Virus record (IMG/VR): IMGVR_UViG_3300042526_000402
Location: 1 to 64,000 of that record
Strand: one strand, 5' to 3'
Source of the DNA: a virus
Length of the DNA: 64,000 nucleotides
Of this stretch, positions 29,142-36,387 are shown in pieces. The position numbers and the translations under genes are program-made. Every line of letters begins with the position of its first letter. The first letter of the stretch is position 1. The notes below the pieces were generated by a model. The model ran no database searches. It was given only the letters and a program-made list of their open reading frames with translations, and was not told the DNA's origin.

Positions 29142-29585
29142 TTATTTACTAAAGAAACCTTTTTTAGGTTGTTCTTTTTTATCAAACCCTAACTTTGCAA
29201 TAATCTTGTTAGCCTCTTCTTCAGCAAAGGTTACAGCTTCCTCTTCTTTATCCTTGATATTATAGTTATCTAAAAGTATAGCCATGTGCATAGTTTCATG
29301 CATAACAGCTGTACATTTTTCTGTAAGAGAGTATCTACTAAACGTACCAAGATTAATAAACAAGAAAGGTTTGTATGGAGCTTTAGCAGTTAGTTTCTTA
29401 TCCCGCGGATCATAATTATTCCACCCATAGATATATACACCGTTACCAACAGTCTTATCTACTTCTTCTGCCTGAGCATCTTTACGGTTTAACCCGTGCA
29501 TTTCTTCTACTCCATAATAATCAAAAGGTTCTGTTGCATCTTTACCAACAAGGAGAACATATTTCCCCATATCTATCTTTTTCAT
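29142..29585 (-). CDS. HExxH zincin-like protein
   Basis: VMHETMH...EEEAV. Confidence 0.55.
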   Translation of the reverse strand: MKKIDMGKYVLLVGKDATEPFDYYGVEEMHGLNRKDAQAEEVDKTVGNGVYIYGWNNYDPRDKKLTAKAPYKPFLFINLGTFSRYSLTEKCTAVMHETMHMAILLDNYNIKDKEEEAVTFAEEEANKIIAKLGFDKKEQPKKGFFSK

Positions 29586-29611
29586 GTAAATAATTTTTGA
29601 TACACAAATTT

Positions 29612-29785
29612 AAAACAAAAAACCCAGATAGTAATCTCTGGCCAAGAGAACTTTTCTGGGTGTTGCTAACAGTTATACTTTACAGCTTTCCTGCGCAGAG
29701 AAGGCCAGAGAGTAAGCGAGCAGATCTTACGGTATGCCCTCCTGGCACTGAGCCTATAGATACTATCTACAGGGGAGGTATGATA
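29612..29785 (-). ncRNA. Candidate structured RNA (pseudoknot or attenuator) ending in a terminator
   Basis: GC-enriched non-coding stretch; hairpin CCTGTAGATA/TATCTATAGG; TCTCTGGCC/GGCCAGAGA pairing into the loop of the ACCCAGA/TCTGGGT hairpin, then a U-tract. Confidence 0.4.
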
Positions 29786-29810
29786 AAGAAAAACCCTGGC
29801 GAACCAGGGC
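29784..29810 (-). terminator. Intrinsic terminator
   Basis: GCCCTGG-TTCG-CCAGGGT followed by TTTTCTTT on the minus strand. Confidence 0.7.
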
Positions 29811-29919
29811 TTGACATTTTAGGCAAATTTGGAAACAGGCCTATAAGCAAAAACACATACAAATGTAACAACTTTTCCTACACCACATAATTTTTTTAAT
29901 AAATTTTTTGAGTTGCTTA

Positions 29920-30060
29920 TTTAACCCCCCATGTTACCAAGTAGTAACTTACCCCCTGGTAACTTGATTTGGGTATTGGGAAATGTTGTATGTAGGAGAT
30001 GGTGGTGACCCCCCTATTCCAAGCCCCCCGGCCTGCGCCACTAGCCTCCCACCCCCCATG
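29920..30060. other. GC-rich C-tract island at the strand switch (candidate genome end, packaging site or origin)
   Basis: Five runs of 5-6 C in an AT-rich genome, exactly between the divergent arms. Confidence 0.4.
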
Positions 30061-30161
30061 CTTTGAGAGAGCTAACCCTTGAATCAAGAAATATAATAAA
30101 CTTTTTCTTGACAGAAAAAGAACTAACCCTTATCTAGAACTAAATATAAAATTTAGAAATC

Positions 30162-30389
30162 ATGGATAAAAAAGACAGGTTGTATACTTTCAGATGCAAA
30201 GTGTGCAAATCACAGCAAGATTGGGGATTCTTATTGATTGTTGTAGGCTTTGAAAATAAAGCCTTTACAATCAACAAGAACTATGCTACAAAGTGTGGTA
30301 TGGTTCTTAATAGAATATATGATGTTACTGCAACCTTGAAAGAGGTTGGCAAGTATACAAATATTGAGAAAATATTGAGAGTGCATTAG
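30162..30389 (+). CDS. Small early protein (possible OB-fold)
   Basis: 75 aa between a promoter box and a terminator. Confidence 0.6.
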   Translation: MDKKDRLYTFRCKVCKSQQDWGFLLIVVGFENKAFTINKNYATKCGMVLNRIYDVTATLKEVGKYTNIEKILRVH

Positions 30390-30405
30390 GCACTCTCTTT
30401 TTTTC
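30377..30405 (+). terminator. Intrinsic terminator
   Basis: GAGAGTGC-attag-GCACTCTC-T7. Confidence 0.75.
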
Positions 30406-30447
30406 TTCCCTCTCTTTTCTCTAACCCTTAACATATATAAAAATATA

Positions 30448-30649
30448 TACTCTCATCTAAGCAAGATATCATTCACTCAAGTGATATAACTAACTTACTG
30501 AACTGATACGTCATCTGTTGGAGAACAGTGCATCTATTAGACAAGAATAGCTATCATATTAGTTAGCAAAATTGTAATTCAATAGAGAAGAATTGAGTTC
30601 TATAAATCATAGGTTGAGTTACAAGGGTTGCAACCTTGTGAGAGTACTA
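30448..30649 (+). ncRNA. tRNA-shaped structured RNA, copy 1
   Basis: TACTCTCA/TGAGAGTA closing stem, TCT-AAGCA-AGA hairpin, CAAGG-GTTGCAA-CCTTG hairpin, 3' CTA; covaries with copy 2. Confidence 0.65.
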
Positions 30650-30772
30650 TACTGCTATTGAGTTAACTGAACAAATGATGTTCTCATAGCAGTATTATTA
30701 TGTAACAATCAGAGGCATTCTCCTTAAAGGCTTTGGAGATGTAAGTACCGTAAAAGGAGTTAGCCACTCAAT

Positions 30773-30805
30773 AAGAGAGAACTATAAAGGTTCTCTCTTT
30801 TTTTT
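30773..30805 (+). terminator. Intrinsic terminator
   Basis: AAGAGAGAAC-tataaag-GTTCTCTCTT-T tract. Confidence 0.75.
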
Positions 30806-30851
30806 CAACTAACCCTTAACTCAATTAAAATATTAATTAATACTAACTACC

Positions 30852-31319
30852 ATGACAAAAATTATTAAAGCTGCATTAAGCACTAAATATGCTAATGAGC
30901 AAATTGCAAATCTATTAACAATAATAGAAGCAACTCCTAATCCTGAAACTGCTGTAGAAATTGCATTAGGATTATACTCATTACCAAATCTTGCTCCAAA
31001 AGGTATCTTGGAAAAAGGAAATGAAAAGATTGAAGTGGATTTGTTACGCTATGATATATGGCAAAACACAGTATACTTTCAGCATGAAGTACCTAAAGGA
31101 AAGGCTCTCTATGTACTATTAGAAGATGTAGACTATGTGGATTATGATAATTATAGAAACTATGAAGCTGATTACACAGACCGTAGACAGAATCCTGAAA
31201 AGTATGAATATGTGACAGTGTATTCTACTAAAGAAACCACTATAGCTACTGACTATGTGTATCTTGATAAGTGGGAAACTATGGCAGCATTATGGGAATC
31301 AAAACATAGTCTTGACTAA
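30852..31319 (+). CDS. Early hypothetical protein
   Basis: 155 aa monocistronic cassette. Confidence 0.7.
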   Translation: MTKIIKAALSTKYANEQIANLLTIIEATPNPETAVEIALGLYSLPNLAPKGILEKGNEKIEVDLLRYDIWQNTVYFQHEVPKGKALYVLLEDVDYVDYDNYRNYEADYTDRRQNPEKYEYVTVYSTKETTIATDYVYLDKWETMAALWESKHSLD

Positions 31320-31326
31320 AAGGAAT

Positions 31327-31352
31327 GAGAGCTAAGGCTCTCTTCTTTTTTT
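31327..31352 (+). terminator. Intrinsic terminator
   Basis: GAGAGC-taag-GCTCTC then a T-rich tract. Confidence 0.7.
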
Positions 31353-31423
31353 CCCCTTTCCCTCTTTCTTACTAACCCTTAACTTAAATAAAAATAAATT
31401 ATTAATTATTAAATTTAATTATT

Positions 31424-31840
31424 ATGAAAGCTAAATTAATTGGCAAGAGCAAAAGTGCAAAGAGCAAAACTGGATTATCATTTAGATATGTAATCAGTGG
31501 CACTAAAGAAGAAATTGCTGAGTTGGTAAAAACTGAGAATTTCAAAGAGTATCCTCAATATGAAGAAGCTACAGGTTTACCACTTGTATTCAGAAATGAG
31601 CCATTATTGATGAATCCATGTGATGTAGGCATCAGTAAGAATAACAGGTATTATCTTGATGATACAGATGTTATGGTAGAAATGGCTATGACTGAAAAGA
31701 TGAGTAAGACATCTTCTATATTTGCTGAGAAATTTGCAGAGAAAGCAGTTAGTAAGCTCTCTGCCTTATCAGCATTTATGGATAAGGTAGAAATACCTGA
31801 AACTGAAGAATCTGAGCCTGAGACTAAAGAGAAGAAATAG
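31424..31840 (+). CDS. Early hypothetical protein
   Basis: 138 aa monocistronic cassette with acidic tail. Confidence 0.7.
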   Translation: MKAKLIGKSKSAKSKTGLSFRYVISGTKEEIAELVKTENFKEYPQYEEATGLPLVFRNEPLLMNPCDVGISKNNRYYLDDTDVMVEMAMTEKMSKTSSIFAEKFAEKAVSKLSALSAFMDKVEIPETEESEPETKEKK

Positions 31841-31847
31841 TCTGTAA

Positions 31848-31890
31848 AGAATATAGTATGTGTAATAGCATACTGTATTCTTTTTCTTTT
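31848..31890 (+). terminator. Intrinsic terminator
   Basis: AAGAATATAGTATG...CATACTGTATTCTT then a T tract. Confidence 0.65.
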
Positions 31891-31924
31891 CCCTCCTTTT
31901 TACTAACCCTTTACTAACATAAAA

Positions 31925-32370
31925 TAGGAAGAACAGATATATATACTATAATATGCTGTTTGTACAGTGCTGATTTGTTGTTCAGCATCATGCATAATGC
32001 ATATTAAGTTGTTCTGTAGGAAAGATTATTTATCTGTTCAGCATTATGCACAATGCTACTATGTTGTCTCCACCGTGTGTAGCATTGGCACTTTGCTATT
32101 GGTAATCAAGCAGTTATATTTTTATAATTCTTGTGAAAGTGTGAGTGATTGTGGTAAAAGGTGTCATACTCCTTCACTATATTAACAGTTCAGCATGCTT
32201 GCAAAATGTAGTAAATACCTGACTATTAAGAATAATATAGCTAGAACATGACTAAACAGTACCTTGTAGACAACATATTAAGAGTGTCTATACATATATT
32301 AATCAGTATTACTATTACTATTAGTGTTATCTGCTTTAAGACAGTAATTACTTCCGGAAACTCTCTAAAA
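31925..32370 (+). ncRNA. Candidate long structured leader or ncRNA
   Basis: No credible ORF; several inverted repeats and three GTTCAGCAT copies, directly downstream of promoter box 6. Confidence 0.4.
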
Positions 32371-32393
32371 TCTATAATCTAAATAATATAATC

Positions 32394-32600
32394 ATGAAAA
32401 CTTACAAAATTTATTGGTCAGTAGACCAAAGAACAGGTGATAACCTTATTAAAGCTACTTCAGAAGAATTAGCTATTGCAGAATTTAAATCTGCTTATCC
32501 TAATAAACTTGTTGAACAAATAATAAACTGTTCAACACAAGAATATCAGCTTGCTTATGATAATGAGCAATTTGATTCTAATGGTAGAAGAAAATTCTAA
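32394..32600 (+). CDS. Small hypothetical protein
   Basis: 68 aa; IKATSEELA; followed by an AAGGGGTA-gaaa-TACCCCTT terminator. Confidence 0.65.
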   Translation: MKTYKIYWSVDQRTGDNLIKATSEELAIAEFKSAYPNKLVEQIINCSTQEYQLAYDNEQFDSNGRRKF

Positions 32601-32650
32601 GGGGTAGAAATACCCCTTTTATAAAATAATAATCTCAAAAACTAAAAACC

Positions 32651-33028
32651 ATGACTAATTTATTATGGTGTTCTGCTCATACACCAACAAAAGAGCAAAT
32701 GGAATCACTGAATTCAATGGGACGTGTAATATTCTTGAAAGATATTAACACAACTATACAAGATAAAATAAATAACTGCTCTTCTGATAGAAGTGAGTTA
32801 ATGGATCTTGCCCAAGAATTAAATAAAATAAGACTTGACCTTGACTGTACAATAGTGCAATTAGGTGGCTCACCGATGTTCTTGTATATTGCTGGAGCTA
32901 GTATTAATAGCTGTTTATCAAAACAAGCATTAATATTTGCTCACTCAGAAAGAGTATCAGTAGATATACCACAAGAAGACGGAACTGTAGTGAAAACCAG
33001 TGTGTTTAAACACATTGGTTGGATCTAA
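32651..33028 (+). CDS. Csx20/Csx15-like protein (candidate cyclic oligoadenylate ring nuclease)
   Basis: SAHTPTKEQ N-terminus; VQLGG; AHSERVSVD...DGTVVKTSVFKH.GW C-terminus. Confidence 0.5.
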   Translation: MTNLLWCSAHTPTKEQMESLNSMGRVIFLKDINTTIQDKINNCSSDRSELMDLAQELNKIRLDLDCTIVQLGGSPMFLYIAGASINSCLSKQALIFAHSERVSVDIPQEDGTVVKTSVFKHIGWI

Positions 33029-33035
33029 TAAAATA

Positions 33036-33147
33036 CTCTGTAATATCAGTTGTAATACCTGAATAATGGTCACATCAAAAGCATGTAGGTATATATCAAT
33101 ATTACATTGATTGAAGTATCATGCTATTACAACTGAGTGCAGAGGGA
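33036..33147 (+). ncRNA. Structured RNA motif B, copy 1
   Basis: CAGTTGTAATA/TATTACAACTG stem followed by AGTGCAGAGGGA. Confidence 0.5.
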
Positions 33148-33277
33148 TTATTAAAAGGTTAATAGCAGTCCTTAAATGCTAGATGCAGTGGATAAGCAGT
33201 TTAAACCACTAGGGATACCGTAAATCGGTCAAGGAAAGGTAGACTCCTTATAAGCTACTTTAATAAAATGTACCATT

Positions 33278-33370
33278 CTCACTTCCCAAGGGTGAGCAGT
33301 TGTAGTGAACATTGTGCAGTGCTTTTAGTAGCTAAGCTAAATCACTTCATTACAACTGAGTGCAAGGGAA
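33278..33370 (+). ncRNA. Structured RNA motif B, copy 2 (with pseudoknot)
   Basis: CTCAC-TTCCCAAGG-GTGAG hairpin; CAGTTGTAGTGAA/TTCATTACAACTG stem; tail AGTGCAAGGGAA, whose GGGAA can pair with loop TTCCC. Confidence 0.55.
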
Positions 33371-33371
33371 T

Positions 33372-33466
33372 TACTCTTGTCCAAGCAGGATTAATATACT
33401 ACCTATCTGATCATAATATCAGACTATAGGATGTATATCAGGGATTGCAACCCTGCAAGAGTACTA
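33372..33466 (+). ncRNA. tRNA-shaped structured RNA, copy 2
   Basis: TACTCTTG/CAAGAGTA stem, TCC-AAGCA-GGA, long central hairpin, CAGGG-ATTGCAA-CCCTG, 3' CTA. Confidence 0.65.
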
Positions 33467-33504
33467 ATTAATAATCTAAATAATAATCTCAAAATTTAAA
33501 CCTT

Positions 33505-34260
33505 ATGAAAATTCATTTAAACTCTAGAAATGGTGTGTATACTGTAAAGTCTTACAATAATACATACATATATTTAGTAACTAAGCATTATGAAATGCGT
33601 GTACCATGCAGTGACTTTAAAGCATTTGCTGGTGGTAATCATAACTTTAGCATTAATACAGAAGAAACAGATAAGTTTCTTGCTACTGTTAATCCATCAA
33701 TGTTTCAGCATCAAGCAAAGATGACTGAAAATATTATAGAAGCTGTCAAAGCTTTATCTACTAAACAAATAGAGTTAGATGATAAAGAAGAAATTGATGA
33801 AGCTGATAACATACAATATGAAAATTGGTATTATCAGAAATCGGAAGAGTTAGCTAAGTATAAAGACAAGATCCGCAAGACTGCATCTGATGTGTATAAA
33901 CAAAAATTAGACTTTAGTGATCTTCAAATTCATGATGGTATCAAGTTTATCATACAAGCTAAGCATGATGAAACAGACTTTAGATTCTGTTTTGATCCAT
34001 TTGGATTTGTAGATAACTTTCATAGTTCAATCAGTAATATATACCGTGAAATTGGTTATGGTACTATTAATGGTGGTTGGATTAAAGTAATAAACAAAAA
34101 TGTTATTCTATACTACAAGTCTGGTGACTATGGTGTGTATGATGATATCATTGCTATAGAAGCAGCAAAGAAATTGTTCCCGAATCATAATATCAGCTCA
34201 TATGCTGGTAGACAGTGGGATAATGAATTGAATGTAAAATATGATGATTTACCTTTCTGA
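33505..34260 (+). CDS. Protein with C-terminal Janus/PHPT1-like domain
   Basis: FHSSI...NGGWI....KN.ILYYKSGDYG......AAKKLFP resembles the YHADI...GGGRI...I.VYGYS..YG pattern. Confidence 0.45.
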   Translation: MKIHLNSRNGVYTVKSYNNTYIYLVTKHYEMRVPCSDFKAFAGGNHNFSINTEETDKFLATVNPSMFQHQAKMTENIIEAVKALSTKQIELDDKEEIDEADNIQYENWYYQKSEELAKYKDKIRKTASDVYKQKLDFSDLQIHDGIKFIIQAKHDETDFRFCFDPFGFVDNFHSSISNIYREIGYGTINGGWIKVINKNVILYYKSGDYGVYDDIIAIEAAKKLFPNHNISSYAGRQWDNELNVKYDDLPF

Positions 34261-34316
34261 TATGAGTGAGCAATAATAAGCTCACTCATTTTATTAATCT
34301 TAAAAACCAAATCAAA

Positions 34317-34520
34317 ATGAAAACAATTAAGTATGTAATGTCTATTAGTCTAGGATTAATAGCATTAATCTTTGTAGAAGCAATATTCACATTTGGTAAT
34401 GCTTTTATAATAAGTAACTACAACCTGTTTGGTTGGGTAATTCAAGCTATAGTAATAACATTCACTGTCAGTGCTTCAGTTATTATTTGTAATAACCTGA
34501 TAAATGAAAGTGAGTTATGA
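34317..34520 (+). CDS. Small two-TM membrane protein
   Basis: Likely start MKTIK; preceded by an ATGAGTGAGC/GCTCACTCAT hairpin. Confidence 0.55.
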   Translation: MKTIKYVMSISLGLIALIFVEAIFTFGNAFIISNYNLFGWVIQAIVITFTVSASVIICNNLINESEL

Positions 34521-34792
34521 AGAATTACTACTGGACTATGAAGAATGGTCAAAAGATAAATATTGATGATATGGATATAAATCATTTGAGAAATAGTCTC
34601 AAATTGATTGTAAGATCTATGAATAATATTGAAGCTGAGTTAGCTAAAAGAAAAGCTAAAAGACAGTTCAGTGGAGGTGAACTAATGTCTGAAGATGCTG
34701 ATAAAGCTATGTTATATGGAATATCTCCTGAATTAACATGTGAGTGTGATGAAGTACACACATGTCAACAGTGTTTAATGAATGATTTTTAA
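34517..34792 (+). CDS. Hypothetical protein
   Basis: W..KNG..I.I.DM...HL.N motif and C-terminal CxC..H.CxxC. Confidence 0.65.
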   Translation: MKNYYWTMKNGQKINIDDMDINHLRNSLKLIVRSMNNIEAELAKRKAKRQFSGGELMSEDADKAMLYGISPELTCECDEVHTCQQCLMNDF

Positions 34793-35867
34793 AACAAATA
34801 GTATGAGTAAAATAATTTTTATGTGGTGGCTCCTTAATGGAACCATCACTCCTGCGGGAAAACATGAAGACCACAAGTTATATACTGTGTGGTTTTCTGA
34901 TGGCAAAGTTGCAGACTATGCCTATAAAGGAGAAGTAATGAATTATATTAAAACAGGTAAGTTTGAGTATGATGAATCTCTTGAATTAAAAGATGATGAA
35001 ATACTTGATGAAGAAGTATTTTACAGTAAAAATTAAAAACTAAAAGTTATGATTGCTAAAAGAAAAAAACAAATTGAAAAGGTAGAGGTTACAAAATTTG
35101 TAGCCTCTTTACCAGGTTATGAAGATTTTGATTATAAACCAATTATGAAAATACATAGCTGGTTTTGGAAAAGAAGTAGTACTGATTATAAAACTCATGA
35201 ACAATGGAAGAAGCAGAGATTAAGTATAGGTTAAACAGCATTGTATTGTATATGCATCATGTTGATAGAAGTGATACTCCAATTGAATTAAAAAGGGAAA
35301 AGTTAAATGAATTGGAAAGGGAGAAATTATTTCTTGAATGCATACTAGATCATAGAAAACAAAATAAGTTGATTAAAGAAATTGCAATAACATCTGTTGC
35401 AATAATGGTAGGTTTTGTATTATTTTACTTAATAATATTTTATGGGTAATGAACAAATCAGTTTTATGGTATCCTTAAATAGAGATAGCATAGCAATTCT
35501 TATGGACAATATAATCAATAGTAATAACAATTATGCTAAAAGGAAGTTAATAGATGTTTTAAAACATGTTATTATTTCAGACAGTACTTTGTGTAATACT
35601 CTTGTGGATATTGCTATAGGAAAAGAACTCCCGGTAGAAATCAAAGTGGGTACAACTGTAAAGATTGATCCAGACAATACGGGTTGGTTATCATCTGAAG
35701 ACAAAGCTATACTTCAAGATAACACAACAGAAAGTGAAATTTATGGTCTAGTAAAACAGTTTGTTGGCTACCATAGTTATTCAAACTATATAATAGCTTT
35801 TAAAGGAAATAAAGAAATATCTTTACCAAGTAAAGCTATTACATCTGTAAAAGATGTAGTGATATAA
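34782..35867 (+). CDS. Run of four small hypothetical genes (34782-35036, 35049-35234, 35204-35449, 35442-35867)
   Basis: Tightly packed, overlapping ORFs; no recognisable motifs. Confidence 0.55.
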
Positions 35868-36019
35868 TATTCTGTCCTGTGTGGACGCTTTTCCAGGTTA
35901 ATAGTATGAGAGAGTTAATAGCTCTCTCAATATTGTTAGCTATATAATGCCATATTTATTCAGCTAATTGATACCAGTTGTTTATTAATGTGATATTTTT
36001 ACTGCACATTAGAAAACAG

Positions 36020-36280
36020 ATGTTATACCAGTTGCCAAACGGAAAAGTAATTAATATCTCAATTGATCAGTTTTTAGATATGACTGATCATGATATTCAG
36101 TATCTAATGTCCATCAATGGCGGAGATTATTGTAGCAATCCATTTACAGAATCAGCATGTATAGACAATATCAAAGAAAAAGTATATGACTTTGACTATG
36201 TGCCTGATGATGATAATGATGACAATAATGATTTACCATTTGATGATATCATAGACCTATCAGAAGGTTTGGATTTATAA
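36020..36280 (+). CDS. Acidic hypothetical protein
   Basis: Likely start MLYQLPNGK; Asp-rich tail with DLPF. Confidence 0.65.
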   Translation: MLYQLPNGKVINISIDQFLDMTDHDIQYLMSINGGDYCSNPFTESACIDNIKEKVYDFDYVPDDDNDDNNDLPFDDIIDLSEGLDL

Positions 36281-36387
36281 GTGCAATCATGCATTTATCA
36301 CTTACTGCACTATGAGTAATGGTGTCAGTATAGTATTCTATTTACTCACAATCAATTTTATTTATTAATCTCAAAAAACTTAAAGAG

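Larger units (their letters stand above)
30072..31911 (+). promoter_or_regulatory. Six CTAACCCTT boxes (putative phage early promoters) at 30072, 30123, 30421, 30809, 31372 and 31903
   Basis: Exact 9-mer, all intergenic and co-oriented, each followed 8-11 nt later by AAATAT/AAAATA; four follow a terminator. Confidence 0.7.

Noticed and set aside
1290-29890. Plus-strand ORFs in the left arm (e.g. 1981, 2433, 3131, 18182, 20244, 29597)
   Set aside because: Antisense shadows of real minus-strand genes or of structured non-coding DNA; atypical composition.
30072-31911. CTAACCCT as a telomeric repeat
   Set aside because: Single dispersed copies, not tandem; phage context.
31967-32185. 72-aa GTG-start Cys-rich ORF
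   Set aside because: No A-rich leader, atypical composition, and it overlaps many inverted repeats.
30072-33470. CRISPR or mini-CRISPR array
   Set aside because: Repeats are only 9 nt, or are paired stems, with irregular 50-560 nt spacing; no repeat-spacer periodicity and no cas genes.
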